In this document: positions 9,701-16,299 of the stretch, piece by piece
Layout: every line of letters begins with the position of its first letter
How positions within the stretch are numbered: the stretch's first letter is position 1
From: Chrysochromulina tobinii
Lineage: Eukaryota
Length of the DNA: 39,596 bases
Assembly (NCBI GenBank): GCA_001275005.1
Contig: JWZX01003357.1
Span: forward strand, 1-39,596
Direction of reading: 5' to 3'
Notes under the pieces: generated by a model
What the model saw: only the letters and a program-made list of their open reading frames with translations
What the model was told of the DNA's origin: nothing
Database searches by the model: none
Made by a program: the position numbers and the translations under genes

Positions 9701-10847
9701 ACGCGCCAAAGCCGCGTGAGAAGCTGCGGCTGAGAAGGTGCTCCAGGCTCTTGCGCATCGCACCGCGCTTGGCCATAAGCTCCTCGCGATTCCACAACCA
9801 CGCAGTCAAGGCCCGGGCGAGCACGCGCCTTAGATCGTGGCCCAAGCTCCTGCGCCTCAACTCACGCTCCACTGCAAGCCAGCGCCAGATCCACGCTGTC
9901 CAGCCCCGAGCGAGCTTGGAGGGAGACATGAAAGTCGCACCCTTGCGTAGCAGCTGCAGTAACAACGCGCGCTCAGCCGCCATCTCAATCCACGTGCCGA
10001 AGCCGCGTGACAGGCTGCGGTTGAGGAGGTGGCTCAGGCCCTTGCGCATCAACTCGCGCATCGCGGAGAGGTACTCCCAGCGCCAAACCCAAGCCGTGCA
10101 GCCCCGAGCGAGCTCACGTCTGAGCAGATGGCCCAGGCCCCTGCGCATCAACTCGCGCTCTGCTTTAAGATCCTCCCAGCGCCAAGTCCACGCCGTCCAG
10201 CCCCGAGCGAGCTCGCTGTTGAATGAGTACAGCAGCGCCTTCGACATCGGGTCGAAAAACAAGTAGCTCAGAGCACTCGTTCTCCCTTGGGCGCGCTCGG
10301 GCGCCCGTGGCGCACTTGATCCCCCCTGGGCACTTTGCGGTCGCAACGGGGTCGCCGCGATATTCTCGCTAAGGTCCGTCTGTTGCAGGGGCGCCCGTGC
10401 GGTGCGATCTTGTACCGGATCCTCCGCAAAAATCCCGGGCGTATCCAACTGCAGCGGCGCATCGTGTGTCACGTAGCTCAGATCGAAAGGGACTTCGAAC
10501 GGAACAAACGAAGGGATATGGTGAGCAAATGCGGAGGCGACGTCGACCAGGACTCGGGCCGTTTCGATTGCATCGAGCCATTCGCGTATTGGGAGCTCTC
10601 CGACCGAACTTCGGAACCACACAGAGCGCTCCACATTTTTCAGCACAAGTACCTCACCAACGATTGATGCCGAGCTGCTTCCATCCAGGAGGAAGTAGCA
10701 CTTGCGTTGCCGCGCCCTCCAGAACAGAAACGCTGCGTTGCCGTTGCACCTCGGAATGAGCGTGATCTGGCGCGCGTTCCACGTTTTGAGATACTCACTG
10801 CGCTTGAGCAATATGCCAGTGAGCATTGGCCCCAAGCCAACCTCCAT
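1..10847 (-). CDS. Giant (>=3,615 aa, 3'-incomplete) PH-domain / Sfi1-like repeat / two-TM scaffold protein
   Basis: Read codon by codon on the minus strand: no in-frame stop from ATG 10847 to the window edge; upstream in-frame TGA at 10875-10877. N-terminus is PH-like (MLTGILLKRSEYLKTWNARQITL...RSVWFRSSVGELPIREWLDAIETAR). Then ~33-aa repeats such as KGLSHLLNRSLSRGFGTWIEMAAER, TM segments at 5544-5600 and 4464-4526, and a second repeat array. Probably omitted from the ORF track because its stop lies outside the window. Confidence 0.9.
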   Translation of the reverse strand, partial: MEVGLGPMLTGILLKRSEYLKTWNARQITLIPRCNGNAAFLFWRARQRKCYFLLDGSSSASIVGEVLVLKNVERSVWFRSSVGELPIREWLDAIETARVLVDVASAFAHHIPSFVPFEVPFDLSYVTHDAPLQLDTPGIFAEDPVQDRTARAPLQQTDLSENIAATPLRPQSAQGGSSAPRAPERAQGRTSALSYLFFDPMSKALLYSFNSELARGWTAWTWRWEDLKAERELMRRGLGHLLRRELARGCTAWVWRWEYLSAMRELMRKGLSHLLNRSLSRGFGTWIEMAAERALLLQLLRKGATFMSPSKLARGWTAWIWRWLAVERELRRRSLGHDLRRVLARALTAWLWNREELMAKRGAMRKSLEHLLSRSFSRGFGAWSEMAVERSAFLQLLREGLRIRLKRKLAFGFVSWVQARAPRDMSAAVLFFKNEYVPRLLTWRGWTAWHETWADRAAALARMLLSMNHLLSRSLSCGFGVWMQMVAVRRELSRSWVAWVKMREDRNNLMRKLRRASLGARLKEMYFVNRKLARGWVAWRRWLVVLEPMVRALRYSMKRSLVRGWAEWLSTWEAAEANRELIFINFELARGWAQWRSVWKAVKENCEMTRKSHRHVLSRSLSRGLGAWSKAAIELQELVQKLREGLIVMTNRRLALGFGGWRAALAPRGDPMSKVLPYLSNRLVARGLTAWLWNREELMAKRGAMRKSLEHLLSRSFSRGFGAWSEMAVERSAFLQLLREGLRIRLKRKLAFGFISWVQARAPRDMSAAVLFFKNEYVPRLLAWRGWTAWHEKWADRVATLARMLSSMGHMSLCKLSFSFCAWKERAAEHAEFLQLLNKGVSFVLNKQAALQFAAQRSLSAVRTPEQLSPLRTIPYRRKWWQTQAHDFRGLARGWARWRSVWKAVKENCEMTRKSLGHVLSRSLSRGLGAWSKAAIELQELVQKLREGLIVMTNRRLALGFAVWREALAPRGDQISKSYLRISKQYLSNRSVASGWTVWYAYVALNQRYQVEVEEPLRRAIKSMSLQSLRAAMNTWVAMSEARQRNQQALLSAASAFRGDGMRKAWNGWLGLLHDRQVMASAVNCMSLRLQRAGFASWVSATEVSVTKQQLRSTLSSLSPAKRSMRKAIKSWSEFAKEALQSVRCATAALRMSETRGAFGTWHEHVCSESERDAAMRRAAASMLQSSMRASLNTWMSYAEEHAEASRVLAGALSSLQPEGRAMRSALDTWVNITMRQRSTAVSVSALIRLRGLRTWHKNWKKITAMRRSIRRSLSHLLNHSLSRGFCAWVEMAADCTAIIQLLRKSMSFMVNHNYELLSGWLAWVQLSAARAEFMRKLRKAATFIEVYFVNRDMVRGWVRWRRWQAEIEATREFMHKVLSHLVNRELSRGWTKWQTRSSVCGAMREFMRKSLRFLFNCGLSRGWITWIKQWALCRAQRESMRKSLGYLRGQKMKHGWNRWQIQRDDNYWWRACLEQALRKASFMRYRQLAIGFAAWHLSVEQAQRFVAQAGQLSIALTRLMSQELSRAWSAWHSASATLARNKAVIRRGLSHMLNRGLSVGWGAWSEMAAGRSAYLQTLRRALIRLANHKLLLGFACWLAASGHFKVQSALMLKSLVYLRNHKRSFRFVTWVQAAAARAARLTEGLGIMSRALLHFEHRRLARCLTSWRHTTADLATMRIDDEEPQWLHEAQNVLEQTSSAGSPVPFSPSPLPFSPSPLLQSPSPLPARRLLLQEGVGSAFEHVSVRTTLGAVFALMLMLVAVTLALIPRHAKQDLPTSLPPLGYMSLPISVANSLPSARSALGLAEATTAATAAATLAAHDAASAAHISELADVRAQLGAAHEAEAAHKDASAVARERLDAAQAAVRNLSERLASAEAAAAAKFEAAEAAAAAKLEATEAEAAAKLKAAEAAADAKLEVAVVEAQQAARAELEAAVAAATVRASQVAAAAAAEEDAAVAARWAEAQATAVAAAVAEAAVAQAAAVAAAVAATREQALGDHQRAVQSAVQVAVEEAKVEAAAKAATALETQRQKLEASEASLVVLRLSLAEATKAAERAVAEKAVAERATAAERAAADKAEAERAVLEQALDEVVPSELAARQLRDRALLVVTSTLLAIAALITIWSLRSWRRDQSLAASKAVAAQCSLETLLETMRALENEMAGARRVADEELHAARQELSIARRVADEETSAIRRGADEETSAIRRTSEDQLSRMRGKVRTLEERIETLVQTVRAKEVAADASARQLQVAVAAAREESLAAAVAQAGAAVASAAQVERTALAAELEVFARALQQQAMAATAAAQASSAERSQSGPETSAASMAVEENEAPELLREGADSMPKKQPEPCYAAQRSLPTSRRADPRSRALSYLISRGLSRGFNAWSQMVAERSAIIQMMRNSMSFMVNHNYELLSGWVNWIQISAARAEFMRKLRKAATFIEKYFVNRDMARGWVRWRRWQTEFEATREVMHKVLSHLVNRELSRGWTKWQTMVRSEADMRQGQNHFMNRGLSAGWGAWSEMVAERSAYLQTVRKVTRYMMYRQLAIGFAGLHLSVEQAQRFVAQADQLSIALTRLMSQELSRAWAAWLSIWVEFELRRESMYKSLGYVRFRVLSFRWSVWIKSAVDRAVIIRELRKRISFMINRRAALAFAFWVSSNEHVQHRSAQACQISKALLLWVRRELSRGWSALYVMSGTLVLYKTLLRRGLSHFSNRELSFAFSMWSEMTAERTVFLQSLRKFGSRLTNQTLALGFAGWSTAVAQLDAKRRSIHKSLGYFLHLELTHAICVWFEIAAERASSKKTLRKVISRLRSRELALCVKKWREASDSSHAYIDAFSRAAIFVRRLVNQAVSRGFESWAAAWLESVRRRKLGLRVVKLLMSESIARVWRAWSERAFGRADRLEAEQRCVRSLVTRHLATGWRIWAEIASEQSRQLKLLRKVVSRLAKGKLALGFTCWCAAFSQLDAKRESMRKSVGYLLNRELSRAWGVWADLMIERAEVIRKLCKGASFMSNRKLANSFAGWLSSNSDAKLLATKAGRLSKALLRLLHWELSRAWSAWYVRSLTLTRKKAVLRRGLSHLLNRSLSYGLRTWSEKAAEHAASLQKLRRGAARLRSHELALCMTRWVEAASVSRVLRLGRECLRSLTSQSIVRAWRSLDEFARSRAQRLHALRVCVHAWMLRHLGSGWRAWAEKKDDHSRQLQLLRRGVVHLHSREVALCFSSWRDAAASAQSCVDLLAKCSIVVRRLMSRAASRGFESWAAAWLELVRRRELGLRVVRLLMSESIARAWRAWSERAFGRADRLEATRVCARALLTRHLARVWRSWADMMREKSLQLMHMAKVVSRLANRKLGLGFGGWVAAVAPREDSTSKALLYFVNREMARGWVSWHTRWAVLSARRESMRKSVGYLLNRELSQAWGAWVEMSAERAEVIRTLRKGASFIMSRALALGFAGWRASNASCDDPMPRALSYLISRELVRGWNSWAEVAKIGRDRHALLRGLSHLLNLKLARGWRTWVERAVEGAEVLRKLRKGARFVINRHVAVAFAGWLFATEGAKLRAAQARQRLKVLKHLINRELSRCWSTWYLSSAELARTKAVLRRGLSHLLNRSLSYGL
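5094..5220 (-). repeat. Four 33-bp coding tandem repeats (11-aa A/E/K-rich units) in the loop between the two TM helices
   Basis: Plus-strand unit approximately (g/a)agcttcgcagccgctgctgcctcagcggcctc repeated about 4 times; encodes EAAAAAK(L/F)EAA-type units. Confidence 0.75.
5830..10250 (-). repeat. Coding repeat array 1: degenerate ~33-aa Sfi1-like repeats
   Basis: Consecutive units LARGWTAWTWRWEDLKAERELMRRGLGHLLRRE / LARGCTAWVWRWEYLSAMRELMRKGLSHLLNRS / LSRGFGTWIEMAAERALLLQLLRKGATFMSPSK are each 33 aa. They resemble the Sfi1 consensus A-x7-LL-x3-F/L-x2-W. Boundaries approximate. Confidence 0.8.
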
Positions 10848-11063
10848 ACCTAATGGGCGGCCGATTGACGAAGGTCAAAGGCCGCCCAGGAGGCCACCGT
10901 CGGACGGTGAGGCGCGCTGAAAGGGGGAAGAGCACAAGTTTCGTGGCAATCACAAGTTTCTGGCTGATATGACGCGCTGCGAAAGCACGAAGGGCGATCT
11001 AGCACGACAGCACAACTCCTTCGGCAGCTAGCTTTAGGAAGCTAATTTAGTACGGTGCAGTAA

Positions 11064-11090
11064 AATGCCGCTTGACCCCAACAGTTAAGC
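11064..11090 (+). repeat. Dispersed hairpin motif, copy 1 (aatgccgcttgaccccaacagttaagc)
   Basis: 16-bp exact core also at 14073-14088 and 18748-18763; 26/27 identity with the 18748 copy. Confidence 0.8.
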
Positions 11091-11447
11091 CATCTATTCA
11101 CTGCATATTCATACTTGCAATTCATACTTGCCACCTCCTGTGTTCGAGGAGGCCGCAAGCGGTGACAGGGCTCGGCAGCGGCGTCCAGCAAGGCAAAGGC
11201 GGGCGCGCTCCGGTACCAATCCAACCCGGCGACAAACGCCTCAACGGCACTGCTGCCCGCACACGCAAAGCCGCCTTGCATCTGCGTCGCGAAACCATGG
11301 CGACAACACAAACCTTATTGCCTTGCTGACATGCTAAAGTCGGACTTGGGTCATGTTGGTGCCCATCGGGGACTTGCGTGTGATCCCTGTCTCGATTCGT
11401 TTATTTCCGAGAGCAGGCCGTGGCATCCGGCAGGGTGTGCCATCAGC

Positions 11448-12446
11448 ATGGCGATCGCTCGCACCGAATCTGCGTGGCTAACACGCGCTTTTCATCAAGT
11501 GAACGACGTGTGGAAGGTCGTCACATTCGGCCTCCCGCTGCATTCGCTCTCGACCAGCCTGCGAGTCGGAGGGCGCGTGCTGCATCTGCGGCAGTGGTCA
11601 GGCAGCAAGGTCGGCTCAGGCGGTTTCCTATGGGGGGCGTCGCGTCGGCTCGTCGGTTACATGGAAGCTCACGGCGACGGCAGCCCGGCGCTTCCACCCT
11701 CCGCCGACGGCAGCTCCCCAGGCGCGCCGGCCGTGGCGTCGCGCCCTCTGTGGGGCTTGAAGCTGCTCGAGCTTGGTTCTGGCACGGGAGGCGCGGGCAT
11801 CGCCGCTGCCGTCCTTGGAGCACACGTCACCATGACAGACCAGGCCAGTTACGTTTATCCCGGCGGCCCCCAGCGAGAGCAGCCGACCGTTACGCTGTTG
11901 GACCTTGCACGCACCAACGTGGAGCTCAATGCCCCGCTGCTACTCGAGTGTGCCCGCGCGGCGGCCTCGGCCGCCGCGGCACACACCACCGCCGCGAGCG
12001 CACCTGCCGCAGCCGATCCCGCCGATCCCGCTGCTGGGACGGGCCTGCGTCAGCACCCTTCGCCGTTGGACATCGTATCGAGCGTCGTATCGAGCGGCTC
12101 ATCGCCCGCGCCGCTGCTGCCGGTGGTGGCGAAGCTGCTCTGGGGCGATGCGGCCGATCTAGCCGGGCTGCCTCATCCCAAGTACGACATCATTGCCGGC
12201 GCGGACGTGCTACTCTTTGTAGACGCGCACGAGGGCCTCTTACGCACGCTCGAGCAGCTGGCGAGCGCGACGACCGTGGTGCTCATCGAGCACACGGACC
12301 GGGGCAAGGAGGCGCACGAGTACCCGTGCGACCTGCTCCTCTTCCTCAAGCGTGTGGCCGCCGAGGGGCGCTGGAAGCCCACGGTCGTGCGCGACAGCGG
12401 TCGTCACATCACCATTCGTATGGTCCACGTGGACGCGCCGTGGTGA
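11448..12446 (+). CDS. METTL21/EFM-like SAM-dependent protein lysine methyltransferase (Methyltransf_16 family)
   Basis: Motifs GGFLWGASRRL, LLELGSGTGGAGIAAAVLGAHVTMTDQ, LLWGD, DIIAGADVL. The track ORF starts at 11331; ATG 11448 is my preferred but unproven start. Confidence 0.85.
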   Translation: MAIARTESAWLTRAFHQVNDVWKVVTFGLPLHSLSTSLRVGGRVLHLRQWSGSKVGSGGFLWGASRRLVGYMEAHGDGSPALPPSADGSSPGAPAVASRPLWGLKLLELGSGTGGAGIAAAVLGAHVTMTDQASYVYPGGPQREQPTVTLLDLARTNVELNAPLLLECARAAASAAAAHTTAASAPAAADPADPAAGTGLRQHPSPLDIVSSVVSSGSSPAPLLPVVAKLLWGDAADLAGLPHPKYDIIAGADVLLFVDAHEGLLRTLEQLASATTVVLIEHTDRGKEAHEYPCDLLLFLKRVAAEGRWKPTVVRDSGRHITIRMVHVDAPW

Positions 12447-12502
12447 GCACTGGCATGCGGGACAGGATTGGTACGTCACATCACCATTCGTATGGTCCAC
12501 GT
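12402..12502 (+). repeat. Exact 29-bp direct repeat (cgtcacatcaccattcgtatggtccacgt)
   Basis: Copies at 12402-12430 (end of the methyltransferase CDS) and 12474-12502 (3' flank). Confidence 0.9.
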
Positions 12503-12911
12503 CTGAAAGCTCGTGCGAGCCCACTTCATGGAACATGCAAAATGATCGGCCACCGCCACCGCCTCTTGTCCGCTCGTCAAGGAGATAAGTCGTCCGTCCG
12601 TCCCGCACGGAAGACCGCAGTCCACCGGTGACAGGGACTCAGTCCGGGGCATGGTCCGGGGTCAGGGACGGAGCACAGGCGAGGTACCGGTGCAGCGCGG
12701 GTCCGGTCTTCCTGCTCGCGCGGATCTCTTAGCAACCCACCGGGGAAAACTCCCGTCCGACTGAGTGAGTCGCCGACTGGCCCAGCGGGTCTCCCCGAGC
12801 GGAGCAGCATCCTGCTAGTGTTGGTACTTCGTTGTTGTTCCCGCTTCCCGGTGGAGCTATCCGATCTGTTAATTCATGTGTTAATTATAGTAACAGTGAC
12901 GGGCGGCCTAG

Positions 12912-13020
12912 GGAGACGGGTGCACTGGAATACACACGGCACCCTTGCACACTTTCCAATAGCAATACGAGCTGCGGAGACGGCTGGTGCAAAATACACA
13001 CGGCACCCTTGCACATTTTC
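12912..13020. repeat. Two-copy direct repeat with ~64-bp period
   Basis: Core aatacacacggcacccttgcaca at 12929-12951 and 12993-13015, each preceded by ggagacgg..tgca. Confidence 0.85.
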
Positions 13021-13143
13021 GAAGCACGAGCTGGCAAAAGGCTACCTGCAGCTCACGCCGCGAGTGCGGTCCCGCGGTCCCGAGCGGTCCCAAGCGCTCA
13101 CGAACGAAGCCATGGAGCTGCCCTCTCAAGTGATGAATCGATA

Positions 13144-13231
13144 ATCGAGGCGCTCGCCACCATCGAGTAGTAGCGGGCGCGCCATCATTCTTCTCGTCCT
13201 CCGGGAAGCCCCAGATGCCATCAGCGTATGC
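13144..13231 (-). pseudogene. Degenerate fragment of the C-terminal SEL1 region of the adjacent U-box gene
   Basis: Aligns to 13310-13392 (AYAGGLCGFPEDEKMARRYYSMVASASI) with substitutions (AYADGIWGFPEDEK) and small indels that break the frame. Confidence 0.8.
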
Positions 13232-13242
13232 CATTCACCAAA

Positions 13243-14022
13243 TCAAGCTGCCGGGTGCTCACGCAGCCATGTGGCTGCTCCCCCTTTGGCGAAGTCGGAG
13301 CAATCATCGATCGAGGCGCTCGCCACCATCGAGTAGTAGCGGCGCGCCATCTTCTCGTCCTCCGGGAAGCCACAGAGGCCACCAGCGTATGCGTTTCCCA
13401 TAAGGTAGCACGCGTTTTTGCTGCCGCGTCCGGCAGCCTCGCTCATCAGCGTAGCGCCACGCGCAAGGCACTTTGGCACGCCAATCCCCTCCAAGTAGCA
13501 CATGGAAAAGCCGGCAGTCGCACATGAATCCCCAGCCTCGTGGCTCTTCTCGAACCACTCGAACGCCTTGGCATCGTCCTTTGCGAGGCCCTTCTGACCA
13601 AGCTTGTACCAAGCTCCCAGGATGTACATCGCCACGCCATCACCAGCCTCGGCCTTACGCCGCACCTCCGCCACCTTCTCCTCCTCCTCCAGCTTCAGCT
13701 TCCACGCGTCCACCTTGTCACCCGTGAGAGCGCCCGAGCTGACCATCGCGCGGATCATGTTCTTGACCCGCAGCGCCGGCAGCAGCTTCGTGCCCATCGC
13801 CAAGTTCGTCACCGGGCTCTTGTGCTGCTTCTCGAGCCACTCCTCGATGGCCGAGCGCTCGTACACGTTGCCGTCCTCCGCCGTGACGGGGTCGACGGGG
13901 AGCGACCAGGTGATGGGGCAGACGAGCTCGGCAAAGGCCTCCTCGGTGGCGCTCTTGTGTCGGCGCAGCTGCACCGTCTCGTCCTCGGCCTCGGCAGCCT
14001 CGCGGCCGCGCTTGGGCGGCAT
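13243..14022 (-). CDS. U-box domain + SEL1-like repeat protein (putative E3 ligase)
   Basis: U-box ELVCPITWSLPVDPVTAEDGNVYERSAIEEWL...SPVTN. SEL1 repeats AMYILGAWYKLGQKGLAKDDAKAFEWFEKS and ACYLMGNAYAGGLCGFPEDEKMARRYY. Confidence 0.92.
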   Translation of the reverse strand: MPPKRGREAAEAEDETVQLRRHKSATEEAFAELVCPITWSLPVDPVTAEDGNVYERSAIEEWLEKQHKSPVTNLAMGTKLLPALRVKNMIRAMVSSGALTGDKVDAWKLKLEEEEKVAEVRRKAEAGDGVAMYILGAWYKLGQKGLAKDDAKAFEWFEKSHEAGDSCATAGFSMCYLEGIGVPKCLARGATLMSEAAGRGSKNACYLMGNAYAGGLCGFPEDEKMARRYYSMVASASIDDCSDFAKGGAATWLREHPAA

Positions 14023-14072
14023 GGCGACGCTGTTACGCGTGGTTGACGGGCCCTTTTCCTCTCGCGGGCTGG

Positions 14073-14094
14073 AATGCCGCTTGACCCCTTCGGT
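14073..14094 (+). repeat. Dispersed hairpin motif, copy 2, interrupted after ...cggt by a retroelement terminus
   Basis: aatgccgcttgaccccttcggt is followed directly by aaaaagacaccggggggagccgggac. Confidence 0.75.
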
Positions 14095-14121
14095 AAAAAG
14101 ACACCGGGGGGAGCCGGGACA
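14095..14121 (-). mobile_element. Short inverted copy of the retroelement terminal motif
   Basis: aaaaagacaccggggggagccgggaca is close to the reverse complement of 15010-15034; the same 19-mer (aagacaccggggggagccg) occurs at 16303-16321. Confidence 0.65.
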
Positions 14122-15041
14122 TCAACGACGCCAACAACACCGCCCGCCACAACTCCACCCTCTACGCCACCTACCACGCCATCAAAGCCGTCATCCCCCC
14201 AGCCGCGCCACCCGCCCCCGTCGTGCTCTGCGACCGCGGCGACGGCTCCCCCGCGTCGAAGGAGACCGCGCGGCAGCGCTGGGCCCACGTGAACGCGGGG
14301 CACGTGCCCGACATCGCCCGCCTCGGCACGCCCCCCCACGCGTACGAGCTCAAGGTGTACACGCCGTACAACCAGACGGTCGCGCTCGGCCTCGGCTCAA
14401 CGCGCAACGGCGGCGCCCCATCCACCGCTGAGGGCCACACCCACGCCTTCGGTTGCACGGAGGAGAACCTCCGCAAGCTCGTGCTCGGCCTCAAGCAGGT
14501 AGGCAGCAGGAGCGACGCGCCCTACGACCGCGCGACCGGCGCCGGCTTCGTCGCCGCGCACAACGGGCAGTACGCCGACGCCCTCTCCAAAGGCGTCGGC
14601 GTCTCCCTACTCGTCGCCGAGACCACAGGTGCGCTCGCAGCCTCATTCATGACCATCCTTCGCCTCCTCGCTCGCCAGACACGCCTCCCCGGCGCCACCG
14701 ACAACACGCGATACGGCGAGGGCCGCGCGTCCCCCCGCAGCTTCCTCACACACCACGTCGCCAACATCTCCACTGCCATCCAAACCGCCGACGCCCAGAC
14801 CATCCTCAACGCCGCCAGTGCGCGCATGCTACGCGTCTCGTTTGGGGTCATGTAAGGTGTGTGTATTCTGAGCGGGCAGTAACAGTGCCGTAACACCGGC
14901 TGTCGCGTCTGTCGTGTTAACGTTCACACACCGCGCGCACGGGCGCACCTGTCCGAACCCGGCAAATCGTGTATCGTCTGTGTGATCCCGCTTGTGTCTG
15001 TCCCGTGTGTGTCGCCGGCTTCCCCGGTGTTTTTGAACGGT
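14121..15041 (+). mobile_element. 5'-truncated non-LTR retrotransposon remnant (restriction-like endonuclease region + 3' UTR)
   Basis: Frame 14121-14855 has no N-terminal start and reads INDANNTARHN...HVPDI...AYELKVYTPY...QYADALSKG..LLVAETTGAL. This shows the RH(N/D), PD..(D/E)xK and ETxG motifs of RLE-clade element C-termini. A TG-rich 3' UTR ends ccggtgtttttgaacggt. Confidence 0.7.
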
Positions 15042-15267
15042 ACCAGCCAACAACACATGTTTTCAATATTTGCATGTTTTTGAATCATCCTACACCGCCG
15101 GTTGAGGAGATTGTAGACTCGAGTGACGCCCGCGGTGCGCGTGTCCGTGAAGCGAGTGTGAACGAGAACGAGGTTTTTCCTTCACGCGTTCGTGATCGCG
15201 TTTGTACGTATTGGTGTGCGGTGACTTGGGATGATACGAGTACATGAACAACTGACGAATCTCACTC

Positions 15268-16116
15268 ATGGAGCCATCACGCGGGCGATTCACGGGCAAA
15301 GGCGGTGGCAAGGTCGGCAGCGGCGGCAAGGGAGGCGGCGGCGGAAAGGGCGGTGGCGGCAAAGGCGGACGTGGCTTTGGGAAAGGCGGTGGTGAAGCTG
15401 CCAGCGGACCGGCCGCCGCTCTGCTTGCGGCGGCCCGTAGCGGTGACGTTGCTGCTGCCAAGTTTGCCATCGAGGAGGACGCTGAAGCTGTGCATGCTGC
15501 GGACCACCTGCAGCGAACGGCGTTGCATCTCGCGGCGTGGTCAGGGTATCTTTCGCTGGTGGAGCTGCTGTGCGAATCAGGCGCACAGGTGCATGCCAAC
15601 GGCATGGACTCAACGCAGCCAATCCACTTTGCTGCGCAAAACGGGCACACCGCTGTGGTCAAGGCGCTTCTCAAGAGGGGTGCACGCGTGAATTCGCGCG
15701 GCACCAAGCGCAACGACACGCCGCTGCACTTGGCCGCGTTCAAGGACCATTGCGAGACCGTCGAGTACTTGCTCAAGAAGTCCGCTGACGTAACGATTCG
15801 CAACAAGGTCGGGAAGCTGGCAGTGGACGTGGCGTCGTCGGAGGAGTGCAGAGCGATGCTCGCGGCTAAGGCGAGGACGGTGCCGCCCAGAGCTGGCGCG
15901 ATGGCGTGCGCGGACGATGGCGATGGCGAGGTCGAAGCCGCGGACGGTAGCTGTGGCGCGAGCAGTGGCAGCAGCAGCAACAAGCGGCCTGCTGCGAGTG
16001 CGCCACTCGCCGCAGGAGAGGATGTCGACGCGTCATCCACGACGGCTTCTCGAGTGGGGGCGGGCCCACCACCGGAGCCAGATGCCAAGAAGGCAAAGCA
16101 CGATGACGCCGAGTAG
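15268..16116 (+). CDS. Ankyrin-repeat protein with G/K/R-rich N-terminus
   Basis: Ankyrin motifs RTALHLAAWSG, TQPIHFAAQNG, DTPLHLAAFKD. GGKGG repeats at the N-terminus; NLS-like PDAKKAKH near the C-terminus. Confidence 0.92.
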   Translation: MEPSRGRFTGKGGGKVGSGGKGGGGGKGGGGKGGRGFGKGGGEAASGPAAALLAAARSGDVAAAKFAIEEDAEAVHAADHLQRTALHLAAWSGYLSLVELLCESGAQVHANGMDSTQPIHFAAQNGHTAVVKALLKRGARVNSRGTKRNDTPLHLAAFKDHCETVEYLLKKSADVTIRNKVGKLAVDVASSEECRAMLAAKARTVPPRAGAMACADDGDGEVEAADGSCGASSGSSSNKRPAASAPLAAGEDVDASSTTASRVGAGPPPEPDAKKAKHDDAE

Positions 16117-16235
16117 GGTCGCCTCCTGATCGCTGATGACCTGACCAGTGTGAAGTGTGAGTCTCACTCACGGATAGCTCACGGACGAGAGGTTTTGCAC
16201 ATTCCTGCCTCTGGGGGCCATGCAACGAAGGTGAA

Positions 16236-16273
16236 GTCCCGGCTCCCCCTATCCCCCGGTGTTTTTGAACGGT
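16236..16273 (+). mobile_element. Short copy of the retroelement terminal motif
   Basis: gtcccggctccccc(tatccccc)ggtgtttttgaacggt matches 15011-15041, including the tail ccccggtgtttttgaacggt. Confidence 0.65.
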
Positions 16274-16299
16274 TTAAAGAGCAATTGTTAAAGAGATCT

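Noticed and set aside
1..10847. Stop-codon recoding or a fragmented pseudogene to explain the absence of a long ORF in the track
   Set aside because: Manual reading found no in-frame stop. The ORF simply lacks its stop inside the window.
33..10920. Dozens of short plus- and minus-strand ORFs in the track across the first 11 kb
   Set aside because: They are antisense or off-frame shadows of the single giant minus-strand ORF and have no recognisable domains.
12620..12820. Possible ribozyme or structured RNA (actcagtc/gactgagt complementarity, ctgagtgag resembling a hammerhead core)
   Set aside because: The core does not fit CUGANGA...GAAA and I could not build a convincing fold.
15090..16088. 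332-aa minus-strand ORF
   Set aside because: Antisense to the clear ankyrin gene.
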